A stretch of 59,352 bases of DNA, the filler included, from Dirinaria sp. TL-2023a (Eukaryota): assembly GCA_051941275.1 (NCBI GenBank). It is 4 parts of 4 records of this genome, joined end to end, with 100 filler letters (N's around TTAATTAATTAA, not from the genome) between each part and the next. Parts side by side here need not be neighbours in the genome. Positions count along the whole stretch, not along the records: positions 14,877 to 29,642 come from JAVEBF010000583.1; positions 29,743 to 44,506 come from JAVEBF010000584.1; 2 more parts are not named here. One strand, 5' to 3'. The stretch's first letter is position 1. The number at the start of each line of letters is the position of its first letter. Positions 24,315 through 36,795 of the stretch are shown in pieces. The position numbers and the translations under genes were made by a program. The notes beneath the pieces are model-generated. The model had not been told where the DNA came from, ran no database searches, and saw only the letters and a list, made by a program, of their open reading frames with translations.

Positions 24315-25856
24315 ATGTCTCTACCTGGTCTCGGGCTTTCAGCGGCGCCAGAAGCTCAATCTCATCCTCCCATCGTCCATGAGCTGAAAGAAGAAACTGA
24401 ATGGCGATTTGAAGTCGCCTTCGGAACCAATGTTGAGGTTAAAGTAATTCTTTCATCCAGGCGCTGGATGGTTCGATCTTCTGGCTGACAGCGATTTACA
24501 AATAGCTCCTTTCCGGCGATGCCGAATTATTCGGTACGGAACTTGCTCAACAACAAACATACACTTTCGTCGGGATAAAGGCCGCTATTTTTACTTGGCA
24601 TGGCTGCCGTTTGGAAGTCACGGGCGATTGCCAGTCCGATTACATCGCGGAGGAAACTCCTATGGCTATGTACACAAACTTGCATTTCGCATTGGAGAGA
24701 ATAAGATATCAAGCCATCCTCAACAGACAGGAAGGACCAAGGGTACTCATTTTGGGACCCGAAAATGCAGGAAAGACAAGCCTGGTGAAGCTTCTAACTG
24801 CCCATGCTATACGGTCTGGCAGACAGCCTGTTGCCGTAAATCTAGACCCTAAGGAAGGCTTACTGAGTATTCCTGGAACACTTTCATCGGCTGCTTTCGC
24901 ATCGATTATCGACGTGGAAGAAGGCTGGGGCAGTAGTCCAACTGATGGCCCAACGCAAGTGCCTGTCAAAGTTCCCTTAGTTTATTATTATGGGATGGCA
25001 AATCCAGAAGAAAAGACCGATTTGTACAAATCCCTAGTACAAAGGCTCGCCTTATCAGTAATGAGCAGATTGAACGAAGATGTGGAGGCGAAAGTGACTG
25101 GCTGCATTATTGACACTCCAGGAATCATAAGCCAAGGCAAAGGAGGATACGACTTGATCCATCATATTGTCTCGGAATTTTCGGGTACGTCATGTTACAG
25201 CATGGACTGTAGTGGTTGGGAACTCATATGAATGCAGTCAATGTGCTGATTGTGCTGGGTTCGGAACGCTTGTACAGTGATATGCTTCGGCGATTCAACG
25301 GTCACAAGGTAGGCGAAACGGAGACTGCGACAGTCCTCAAACTAGATAAGTCGGGGGGCTGCGTCGACCGCGACCAGGAATATCTTCAGAAATTTCGACT
25401 AGAACAAGTTCGAGAGTACTTTTTTGGAGATACTCGAAACCCTTTGAGCCCTCACACTCAGCAGATTGACTTCAGTCAACTGACTATATACATAATTGCC
25501 GAAAGTACGTGTTCTATAGCTACTGCGGTGCTCGGTGTACTGCTGACACAAGGGCAGCATCCGCATTACTCTCGTCGTTACTGCCTGGCGGAGAGGAGGA
25601 GAGTGGGATACCCTCTATGTTCGAAAAGGTTTCTCCATCTCCACAAATGCAGAATTCCGTGCTGGCGATTGTGCAAGCAGAGCCAAACGACTCGCAGGAG
25701 AGCATACGGGATGCCAGCGTCATTGGTTTCATTTATGTTGCAGAGGTAGACGAAAAGAAGAAGAAGCTGAGAATTTTGACCCCAGCAAGCGGACGGTTAC
25801 CCAATAAAGCTGTAATTTGGGGAGCATGGCCGGAGGCAGGAGATTTAGGTAGCTAG
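24315..25856 (+). CDS. CLP1: mRNA cleavage/polyadenylation factor Clp1 (polynucleotide 5'-OH kinase family). Exons 24315-24443, 24506-25184, 25238-25504, 25558-25856 (~457 aa)
   Basis: MSLPGLG, EWRFEVAFG, LLSGDAELFGTELA, YIAEETPM, P-loop GPENAGKTS, GWGSSP, IIDTPG, LDKSGGCVDRD, IGFIYVAEVDEKK. Confidence 0.93.
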
Positions 25857-26458
25857 AGGCTTCAATAGCCCCAAGGAGCAGAATATCGCTACTGTACATG
25901 ACTATAGTATGATACCAGTGGGTAGACTCTGGTGGCAGATTCAATCACTGTTCGCTCCAAGTCTTGTTCTCAAGTTGCATCCAGTGACTGGGCTCTACAC
26001 AGGTGATTGCGCATATGAATCATGTTTGGAGTGCTTCATCATGAAATGAAAGGACTTCTGTGCTGCATACTAGAAAAGAAGAGGATTTGGAGCGCATTCC
26101 CTCCATCAGGGTCAGTCCCTCTCCCATCTTTTCAACCCGAACCGCGCTAAGAGCATTCAAGACTGTGGTTTTGGGTCCAAATCCTACCCCGGAGCTGTTT
26201 ACAATCCAACAAAGACAAAAGTGAAACACCAAAAACGGTTAGCCCACCACCAGCCCTACCTTCAGCAGCCAAGAGTTCGGACGATTGACAACCTCGGTTC
26301 ATGTAAAGTGTGCCCAGGACGCCATCGAATCATCATCGGATCCTATTTCTCAATCCTTTCGAATTGCAGTATCTCGATCTGAGAACCGACCTCTTCGGAG
26401 GATTTTCACTGTTTCCATAGCTGCTCGATAATATGAAAACCCTTTAACAACGGCAAAG

Positions 26459-29427
26459 ATGGGGCAATCAAAGTCTCAGAGCCTTCCTTTACTTCCCCTC
26501 GGCGACAACGCAGTACTCCTGCCGGGCACCACACTACGAGTCCCTCTGGCAGGACGGTCCGACGTACCAGCGCTTCTCACATCTCTCTATACTCGAGCTA
26601 GATCGCCCAGGCCTGATGCATCAACTATACCAATAGGATGCGTGCCTCTAAACTCGCCCCTTTTAAACCCTGATGGGCGAAATCTGCTCGTCGAGCAGCA
26701 GGGCTCCCTACCGGACGAACGTGAGAAGTCGAACCCCAGTGATGCGGGCAAGAGAGATCTGTTCGCGTACGGCACGGTAGCGAAGATCTCCGGCGTCCAA
26801 GGGCGCAGAACCGATGAAGTAGCGCTGCTACTAGAGGGAACGCGGCGCTTCAAGATTGAGAAGGTCACGCAGGAAAAGCCCTACTTCAAAGCACAAGTGA
26901 CATATTTGAACGATGAGAGTGAGTGAACTTAGGCCCTGTTAAATCAATGTAAGATTACTAAACACCTTTCAAGTGATCGACGTAACCGATTCGGATATGC
27001 ATGCACTTTTCGATCAGCTGAAGCAGCTTTCTCGCGAGCTGTTGGCTCTTGTGCGAATATCATCTCACTTATTTCGCTCAACGACGAATTTGTCACCTAT
27101 GTTGGCTCGGCGAATCGGACTGTTCATTGAGAAGAAGGAATTGGAGGAAGCCGGAATACTGGCGGACTTCATGGCGAACGTGGTTGAAGCGTCTTTGGAA
27201 GAAAAGCTCCGCGTCCTCTCCGCTTTAGCCACTAAAGATCGTCTAGAGAAGGTCAATGAGCTGCTGGCCCGCCAGGTGCAGGGAATGAAGCGAAATACCA
27301 AAATTACTACTATCACAAGTGAGTATTTTTTAACACTTCAATATCCTTCCCCTTTCAAGAGCTTTCTTTCAAAACTGCCATCCCGCGAGATTATTTCAGG
27401 AAATAGCGGTCCTGCGTTGAGACAAATTCTGACTCTGCGGATATTCAGGTACTTCATTTCCTGGGCTTGGTATCGACATTAACAATATTGGCCGTCAGAC
27501 CAGAGAAGCGATCATGCGCCGAGCAATGGGAAACATTGGAGGCTTTGGGGGCCCACCAGGCATATCTGGACCCTCCGGTGCAGATGGCAATGGTGAAGAC
27601 GATGAAATGAGTGAAATTGAAGAGTTAAAGAAGCGACTTGAGGACGCCAAATTAACAGCAGAGGCACAAAAGGTTGCCGATCGAGAACTTAAGCGCCTCA
27701 AAAAGATGAATCCTGCCCAAGCTGAGTACGGTGTTTGTAGAACATATCTGGAAACACTGGCAGACATCCCTTGGGGGAAAGCGACTGAAGACCAGCTCGG
27801 GGTTGACACATTAAAGCGAGCGCGCAAGCAGCTTGATGATGATCATTATGGGCTCGAGAAGATCAAGAAGAGGCTTCTAGAATATCTAGCAGTTCTGAGA
27901 CTCAAGCAAGCTATCAACGCCGACTTAGAGTCTCAGATAGCCCAGGCCGAGCAAGCAGCAGGACCCTCGGAAGAATCAGATTCATCCGGCCTCTCCTCAG
28001 AGGAGTCGAAAGAGGAAGCCCCCAGCGTTCAGATCCTCAGAAGCAAACGGACAGTCGATAAATCGCCCATTTTACTCCTTGTCGGCCCTCCGGGTACCGG
28101 CAAGACCAGCCTTGCCCAATCCGTAGCCACCGCTCTTGGGCGCAAATTCCATCGCATCTCTCTTGGCGGCGTACGTGACGAAGCCGAAATCCGCGGCCAC
28201 CGTCGCACCTATGTCGCCGCCATGCCAGGCTTAATTATCTCCGGCTTAAGAAAGGTTGGTGTCAATAACCCAGTCTTCCTTCTCGACGAGATCGACAAAG
28301 TCGGCGGCTCAAACTTCCACGGCGATCCCAGCGCGGCAATGCTCGAGGTGCTGGATCCGGAGCAAAATTACACTTTCAATGACCATTATCTAAATATTCC
28401 CTTCGATCTTAGCAAAGTTCTTTTCATCGCCACCGCTAATACCCTCGACACAATTCCCCCTCCTCTACTCGATCGCATGGAAACCATCGGTCTCAGTGGC
28501 TATACGACCCTTGAGAAGAGGCACATCGCGAATCAACACCTTATACCTAAGCAAATAAGTACCAATGCCCTCTCCGACGATCTCGTCACCTTCTCAGACG
28601 ACGTCATCGACACCATCATCACCTCTTATACACGCGAATCCGGTGTGCGCAACTTAGAACGCGAGATCGGGTCCGTTTGCAGATACAAGGCTGTGGCTTA
28701 CGCCGAGGCCAAAGACTCGTCCTCTCTTCCCTCCTACAGCCCCAAAGTCACCGTCGCCGATCTCGAGGAAATACTCGGCACCGAGCGTTTCGAAGAAGAA
28801 CTCGCCGCGCGGTCGTCTGTGCCAGGCATTGTCACCGGCCTGGTCGCCTATAGCACCGGTGGCCAGGGCAGCATCCTCTTCATCGAAGTGGCGGACATGC
28901 CGGGCACAGGCCGGGTGCAACTGACGGGCAAGCTTGGGGACGTGCTGAAGGAGAGCGTGGAAGTCGCCCTCACGTGGGTCAAGGCGCACAGCTACGACCT
29001 CGGTCTGACCGACACCGCCAACGAAGACATCATGAAGAACCGCAGTATCCATGTCCACTGCCCCTCGGGCGCGATCCCAAAAGACGGCCCTTCGGCCGGC
29101 CTCGCTCACACCATCGCCCTCATATCTCTCTTCTCAGGTAAGCCGGTGAATCCGCGCATCGCGATGACCGGCGAAGTCAGCTTGCGCGGGCGCGTCACGC
29201 CCGTGGGAGGGATCAAGGAGAAACTGATCGGCGCGCTGAGAGCCGGCGTGGGCACCGTGCTGCTGCCTCGGGGGAATCGGAAGGATATCAAAGATCTGCC
29301 GCAGGAGGTCAAGGAGAATTTGGATATTGTGTTCGTGGGGCATATTTGGGAAGCGGTGCGGAATGTGTGGCCCGAGGCACATTGGCCTGGCGAGGACATG
29401 AGGGCCGGGATTGAAAGTCGGTTGTAG
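26459..29427 (+). CDS. LONP2: Peroxisomal Lon protease (LONP2/Pln). Exons 26459-26918, 26974-27318, 27449-29427 (~927 aa)
   Basis: LON N-domain; Walker [27 protein letters not shown], Walker B LLDEIDK, catalytic PKDGPSAG and GGIKEK; C-terminal PTS1 -SRL. Confidence 0.95.
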
Positions 29428-29642
29428 AAGAAATTTTATGATTAATCGATTGATGGATGGTATTGGATTGGAAAATTATTCATCATGATCAGCGACTGCC
29501 AGCAAGGGCAGAAGGGAAAGTAGTCGATGGGTGCATGCCAGTCACCTCCTTACCCACACTTTCTTACAAAGAAGTATTCCATAGCCTCCTTTTCCCCCTA
29601 CTAAAAAAAAACCCCCCACATCATCCCCTCAACGAAGTTCCC

Positions 29643-29742
29643 NNNNNNNNNNNNNNNNNNNNNNNNNNNNNNNNNNNNNNNNNNNNTTAATTAATTAANN
29701 NNNNNNNNNNNNNNNNNNNNNNNNNNNNNNNNNNNNNNNNNN
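29643..29742. other. Scaffold gap with artificial TTAATTAATTAA spacer
   Basis: N-run with central spacer; hides most of the cytidine deaminase gene. Confidence 0.97.
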
Positions 29743-29844
29743 CCACCATTCCCCACCACAAGAAAAAAAAACCTTTTTTGTTTTGAAAAACCCGATATAT
29801 ACACGGGAGGAAGAGAATAAGAAAGGGGGAGGGAAAGGGCATAC

Positions 29845-29998
29845 AATAAGCAAGCCGCTTCGCCTCGACCGCTGCAATGGCCATGAGATCTAGTTTTGAC
29901 GTGGGCAGGGCGGCGGGAGTTAAGGTTTTGATTGAGGGGAAGGTGGATGGGAGGGTGATGATACTTGAGGAGGATTGTGGGGTGGAGGAGGAGGCCAT
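29845..29998 (-). CDS. CDD1: Cytidine deaminase, first exon only (rest in the gap)
   Basis: ...LMAIAAVEAKRLAY followed by T|GTATGC donor; matches the AxxAKxxAYCPYS start of homotetrameric cytidine deaminases. Catalytic motifs are not visible. Confidence 0.6.
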
Positions 29999-30361
29999 GA
30001 TTTGATTTTATGATGCTTGGGGGTTAGGGAAAGAAAGGTTGAACTTTTTGAACTTTTGAAATTTTGGGGAAGTTGGAAGAGGGGGTGCATGCTGTATACG
30101 AGAGAGCGAGAGATCACGGGACCGCTAGGGTAGAGTTATCAGAGAGCCAAGAATGGTCAAAAGATTTTTTTTTTCCAGGCTATGTATCGATCAAATGGTA
30201 TTTAAACTACCCACCCGCGCGCTCATCGCAGTCCCAATTGCAGAAGCTAAAGAATGTAAGATACCAATTTCCATCACCATCAAGACGCCTACCTCCCAGT
30301 CCCTGCACGAAATGCTGATGCTCCCTGCCCACGCCTAAGGTACGCCCATGCCCATACCCAC

Positions 30362-33300
30362 TCAAACCTCCTCATCGTCATCTTCCCCCAAAAGCTCATC
30401 CTCATCCGGATCCACGACTGCGTAATCGCCTCTTCCCCTCGCGAAGCTGTTTCGAGTCGTGTATGTCCTGGGCGTACCCAGGCCGCTGTAACGGCCCCTA
30501 CTACCGCCCCACAGCCCACTGATACTCCGCCAGGCGCTCGACACCAAAAGCGGCACCGCAGCCATCACGGCGACCACCGCCGCCACCGCCGCCACAGGGT
30601 ATTTGATCCATGGGGATTCCCCACTGCTGCTGGATGATGGTGCTCCGAGTCTGATGCTGCCGACTTTCATCCTGCCATCCCAGTGGTTGTAGACCCAGTA
30701 TCCCACGGAGCCCGCGACAGTGAAGGGCAGTACTACGACCAGGATGAATAGCCAGAATCCTCCAATGCCTTTCTTTCCCTCTTCTTTTCGGAATTCGTCT
30801 CCACGATCTGGACATTCGACCTTCTCCGAGATGTCGAGTTCGCGGCCGCCTTGGCAGGTAGTGAGAGGGATGCGGCGGTAGCCGGTCGGCTTATAGTAGA
30901 AATTCTGGTTCTTGTTGTCTTCGCATTGCTGCGAGTGGTCTGGCATTGGAAGACCAGGGACCAATTGGCAAGAACCGTCAGTGGCGCGTTCATAGTTGTA
31001 GTCACTGCCAGGCACATATTAGCTACATCTGTATATGGCAAATAAGAGGAAGGTAGATAATTACCATTCGAAGTCCTGCCTGGTGCAACTGCAGTTCTTG
31101 GCGATACTGTGAAGGGACTCATAGCGGCGGCCATTGAAGCAGTCCGCGTCGACCTTCTTTCGATGATACTGCGCTACGTGGCCGAAAAGACAATTGTCTT
31201 CTGATAGAGGATGCTTCGGCTCCCAAAGCACATAGTCATCTCCCTCGTCTTCAGGGTTCTGGTCATTCAGAACGCATTGCCGGTCTCTCAACCCAGTGAA
31301 ATCAAGATTGATAGTAGAGATTTCGCTGCCACTGCTGACGTCTTGACCCCAGAGGAGGAAGTTCCGGGAACTGTCCGACGGCACGGTTGAAATTTCCGAT
31401 ATCTTCATCTTTGAGTCGGCGAACTTATACGCAGTCCATGTAGCACCTTCGTCGAGAGTATAGTAGACCACATCAGTTGCAACATTGTCTTCGACAATGA
31501 CGATGATAGAGCCTTGATCGCCATATTCCCACATGTAGTTGCCCTTTTTGACCGAGTGCCATTCGACACCGCCATCTCGCGTGATGAATGTATCGGCATC
31601 GGCTTTTCGTTTGAGGAACTGGCCCACATTACCGACACCCATCATCAGGCCGACGGCCGATGGGGATGAGAATGTATTTCGAGGGTCGCGGCGCTCAGTA
31701 TAGCCATGAAGATGCAGAGAACATTTTTCATCGTTTACATTGCAGTCGTAATCCTGACCCTCGGCGTCCTTTTGCGGTGCTCGGATAGGAGCCCACTCTG
31801 CACCGTCATTGTGCGTGATCATGGTTCTGAGCTTCTTCTCGACGCCCCTTTCCGCCTCCTCAACGTTTTCGACTACGTTGACAATTGCAACGCCCTCGAT
31901 ACCGAGCATCTTTTCGAAGTCAACATATCCTTGCGTGTTTCGATTGACGCCGTTGAGGCTCAGTACGTAAGATGTGCCGTTGCTGTTGCTCTTGATGATT
32001 GAACCATACTCAAATTCCTCGCGACTACCGACTGTGACGTGCAGGAAAACCGCGTGCGTAGAGCTGTCGAGCACCGTATACGCTATTTGCACCGGCACAT
32101 GAAAGTTTGATGGAAATTCGGCGGCTGCAAAAGTTTTCCCATCAACACTTGCATCGACCCGGAGGGAATTCTCATCTTCTTGGTCTCTTGCAGCAACGAT
32201 GATGAACTCAGACATGGTGGCAAAGTCGACTATGTTCTTGAACTTGAGTTCTGACTTGTCAAACCAGCTATCGCTCGACCGCAACTGCAAGGGCCCATGA
32301 GGTTTCTCGTCTTCATACTGTTCACAATAAACCAATTTTTCGCTTGCCCCTCGGCCCTCTTTCTTGATGAATTCGCACTTGCGGACGTATCGAAGTAGTG
32401 TCCTCCACTCTCCACCTCGGTCCTCGGTGATGTATGCTACTGAATGGCAGTCACCCTTGCTGCTTCCGCAATCAACAGCACCGGTCCAAATCAGCCAGTC
32501 CTTGTTGTCGGGGTGGAATCCAATAGTCGGCAATCGGTCATGGGTTGGCTCAGCCTTGGTCTCGAAGTGGCGGACGTTGTCCCCTCTATTTGTCGAATAC
32601 CATACTTTCTTACCAGAGGTCAAGAAGTAGACGGCATCATTGAAATACTGGTGAGGATAGATTGCGATAATCTCCTCGTCTTTGAGAATTTGTTCCCATG
32701 TCTTGCCGTGATCTTTGGTCAAGTAGATCTTCTGCTCATCAGTCCGCATTACGATTGTCTCATCATCCCCATGACTTGACTCAGTTCTTTCAAAGTAATA
32801 GTATTCTCGGAACAAGTTTGCCTTGAATGAATTGATCGTATGGGAGATTGTGCCGCTTGCCGGAGCCTTATTGCTCTCGTCACATGGACGCTCGATGTCT
32901 TTATCAAGCTCAACACCTTTGTTGCGGATGCAGTCATTCCCAGGAATCAGCCTGAATCCTGAATTGCCCATATAAGTATCTTTGCCATTCTTGCATTCGT
33001 CTTGTGGGATTGTGACCTTGCCAGCTGGCACGCAAGACTTCTTGTCTTCACTACGGATATAATTGTAGTCACATTCGTAGTCCTCTTCGGTGCATGCGCA
33101 GGGTTCGTATTGAGGCTCCGATTCCTTGTATTCTTTGTCAATAAAGCATTTTGCGCGCGCTTTTCGTCTCATGTAGTATTGCTTGTGACCCATGAGGCAA
33201 TCCGGTTCGCCTTTCTCATCCAGCCGAGCGTACCATTTCTCGAAGTCATCCTTCTCACATCTCTTGTCAAGCACATCCTCAAAGTTGAGGAAATATAAGA

Positions 33301-34858
33301 AGTATTCCAGATCTGCTCCACCACCTTGAGAGGCAAGTAGAGTAAATTTCAAACTTGTTGAATCAGGCGTTGTGGTCAAAAACTTGGCTTTGACCTTTTC
33401 GCCCAGATCGAACTCGTGCCATTCCGTGCCGTGGTCGGTAGAGTAAGATATGGTATCAGTCGGGCCTTCATCATAGATAGCAACCAGGATGGCTCCTTGA
33501 TCACCGAACTCGTACTTGTGAGCCTCCTTGAAAGCTCTGCGCCAGGTAACGCCGGCATCATCCGATATCCACGTATCGCATTCATCGTAGTTTTTCAAGT
33601 GCTCCCCAGTATTGCCAACCCCCATCACGATTCCTGGCGCCGGGCTGGAGAACACTCGGCCAACATTTGCTATGTCTGTCACCGAATGTAGATGGAGATC
33701 TTTCCCATCCGCAGACAGCGGCTTAAACGTCCTACCATCGTCAAAACTGATCCTGCTCATTACCTTCTTATCTTTCCCAAACTTTAGGACGTCTTCCCAA
33801 TTGTCAACAACGTTGGTTAAAACAATCCCTTGTATACCTTGGACTTTCTCGAAGTCGACTATGCCGTGAATGTTGCGGTTGGTGTGCTCGATATTGCGAG
33901 TAAAGTACGTTCCATTGGAGTTGCTGGAAAAAAGGACGCCCATTGGTCTTGGATCCCGAACAGGAGAAGTCATCACGTCGACCTGAATGCTGTAGTTCGT
34001 TGATTCAAGAACGGTGTATGCATCTTCTTCCAGCCTATGATCGCTGGGAAATACGGCTCTATGCCATGAATGTGCATCTGTTGTGACATACATTGCCAGC
34101 TCGTCAGTGCCTTCGGCTTTCGCAGCAGCCACGATGAACGCTTTCACAGCCGCAATATTGATGATGCCCTTTACGGTGCGATCGCCTTCCAGATACGGCT
34201 CGATCTCATCCTTAAAGTAATTGTCGGAAACCATTATGCGATTGTCAGTCCGCCACCCAGAGTACCGGCCCTTGACCACGCAGATTACCCTGTCATCCTC
34301 ACTTGGTTTCAATAGTGGCGTTCCTCTCGCAAAGGTACAGCCCCTTGTATCGGATCGCATCTTTTCCACAGTCTTGAAGGCGTCTACTGTGTAATAAGTG
34401 ATTTCCTCGCATTGCAGTATGCTTTCGCAGTGTTGACCGTGGAATAATACCTTGTTGCTGTCACCTGCATGGAAGCCGAAAGGCTGCCTGAAAAGCGATG
34501 GAGGAGCGCCGGTCTCGAATTTCCGCCATGTCTTGCCTTTATCTTGAGTGATCCAGTGCGTGGTCCCACGTCCCAAAATGTAGGCCACGCTTTTGTCATA
34601 AGGGTGAGCTGCTAGGCCTACGGCAGCTCCTTCATCAACATCTTCCACACGACCCCATTTGTCCCCGGAATCGTCTGAGCGAAGTACAACGCCCGCAGCC
34701 CGATCGTGAATCAGAATGACATCGCTGTCTTCGAAGTAGTAGAGGTTGGCTGCAGCGTTGGGGAATGGGGTTTTGCTGTACTTGATATCCGGTTTATCCC
34801 TTGCGGTTGCTAAGATACTGAAACACAGTAGCTGCAACACAAGGGAGAGCAGCATCAT
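30362..34858 (-). CDS. VPS10: Vacuolar protein sorting receptor Vps10/Pep1. Exons 34858-31065, 31004-30362 (~1478 aa)
   Basis: Signal peptide; two Vps10 beta-propeller/10CC repeats (SNSNGTY, VDFEK, FSSPAPG/FSSPSAVG, EFGDQG/EYGDQG, CxCTxxDYECDYNY); TM helix; cytosolic tail with YAVV and DEDELL sorting motifs. Confidence 0.96.
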
Positions 34859-35682
34859 CGCAGGAGGTTTCCAGAACCGCGTAGTTGATGTTGATGGTTC
34901 TTCCAGTCATTGAGAGCTAAGAAATAGTTAGCGTGGCCTCACGCCTCACAAATGAAGTCGCGGTAACGCCGAAGATAATCGGCAAGTTTTGGCGACCCTG
35001 ATGATGACTAATCACTATCATTGCTAAGTGTGGAATTGTCAGGACTTTTTCTGCTTCTCCTTTTCGTTTTGTTTTCGTCAACAATTCTACGCATTCACAG
35101 CTCAGGTTCAGTAGTATCTACGAGCATGGGAAATCGGACATTGGAATCATTGCACAAGCAGACTGCATGGGCTCAGTAAATATCTGAAGGAATCTCGAAA
35201 ACAATTTGGAGACGCTATCAAATCTCTTTCGAGCACCATGCCTTCATATAGGAGATGACCACAAGCTTCTGAATCAATTCAGCTCTTACTTGTCAGACAC
35301 CCTCCCCAGAAGTGATCCGATTATATGTACGCTTGCAGTAGAAAGGAAATCGTCGTGGTGTGATCAGCAGAATGAGCGATGTCCTACCGGCCTGTTCCTG
35401 CGGTCTTTTATTCCAGTGAAGGAGTCCATCTAGATTCTGATATCACTGCCCCCGCCATCCTCTTCGTTAAGCCAAAAGATCCCATGTATGCAAAAAAGGG
35501 GGTATCTGCAACATGCAACGCTCCCACAGAGAACATAACCCCGAACGATTGAATGGTGACCGGGTCACCAGAGCCCCTTGAAAAGAATCCATCGCTGCGT
35601 GAAATCGTGAATGTGGGAGGCGGACTTGCAAAGAAGTGCCGCCCAGAACTAAACCATCGGTGGCGAGGCGGGTTCGCTGAAC

Positions 35683-36795
35683 TCAGTCCTCGCCTTCATC
35701 CTCATCGTCTAACTCCTCGCTTTCTTCCCCACTCGTGCTTCTCCTAGGTGTCTCATTCTTGATCTTCTTCGATGCAGGTCCATCACTGCTCCCCGTAGCA
35801 CCGGCTTTGCGCTTAGTACCAGAGCTCCGTGATCCACTCATGCTTGTTTTGGCTGGTGTATCTGGGCTTTTCCCTTCTCCGCCCTCCTCACCTAGCTCCC
35901 CTCCCTTGCCCGATTCAATAGCAGCCACTTCGTCGGCTGTGAGGAATCGACCCCCTGGTCCACGAGGTCGCCGCATTGCGTGCTTATGCCGCGACTCGTG
36001 TAGGTAGGGTTTCCGGCCCTTGGACGTCAGTCGCAGAGCCTCTTCCAACTTTTGCCGCGCAACCCGTCTCTTCAATATTCGGTGGAACTGTTTGGCGTTG
36101 ACATACAATGGAGCTTCTTCGGCCCCATTGGGAGGGACGTCAGGTGATGGCTGGTGTTGTGGTTGTTGAGGTGGTGGGGGCATCGGGGGGACTGAGCTTC
36201 GCGGGTGCTGGTGATTCATCATCACGGTCTGCGCGCTTGCAGTATGTGGGCTGCTGACGCTGTGGGCGATGTGATTTTGTGGCAACCGGTGATTCTGATG
36301 GACCTGTGACGGCAGAGGTGGCATCTGGTTCGGTACCTGCGGTGGTGATCGAGGAGTGCGCTCGTTTTTGACCGCGATGCCTGGCATACGTGGTGAATCG
36401 CGTATACCGTCGGCCATTGAGGTCTGTGGCAAATGATACGAACCTTGGCCTGAGGCGGCTGCTGTGGCCATTGCAGCCGCTTGCTGAGATGACATGCCGT
36501 ATGGGGGGTGCATGGTAGACGCAGGAACACCGTACGACGGCGAATAATTCAGCCCTTGGTGCACTGAGTGGGTTGGTTGAGCAGGTGGTTGCGGTGGGTA
36601 TGCGTAGCCTTGAGAGGGCAGGATGGGTGATGCCTGATGAGCATGCGGTTGGTGCATCTGTGGTGGTGGGTTTGGAGACGACGTAATGGACTGTCCTGGC
36701 CCAGAATTTTGTTGCGCATTCTGATATCCGCCTTGCATATGCGGCGCGTGCGGGTGTTGGCCGTGAGGGGGTTGATATTGCGCGTAATCCATCAT
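35683..36795 (-). CDS. hapB: CCAAT-binding complex subunit HapB/Hap2 (NF-YA), 370 aa
   Basis: [27 protein letters not shown]...[29 protein letters not shown]-rich N-terminus; C-terminal basic NLS (KRKA...KKIK). Confidence 0.96.
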   Translation of the reverse strand: MMDYAQYQPPHGQHPHAPHMQGGYQNAQQNSGPGQSITSSPNPPPQMHQPHAHQASPILPSQGYAYPPQPPAQPTHSVHQGLNYSPSYGVPASTMHPPYGMSSQQAAAMATAAASGQGSYHLPQTSMADGIRDSPRMPGIAVKNERTPRSPPQVPNQMPPLPSQVHQNHRLPQNHIAHSVSSPHTASAQTVMMNHQHPRSSVPPMPPPPQQPQHQPSPDVPPNGAEEAPLYVNAKQFHRILKRRVARQKLEEALRLTSKGRKPYLHESRHKHAMRRPRGPGGRFLTADEVAAIESGKGGELGEEGGEGKSPDTPAKTSMSGSRSSGTKRKAGATGSSDGPASKKIKNETPRRSTSGEESEELDDEDEGED

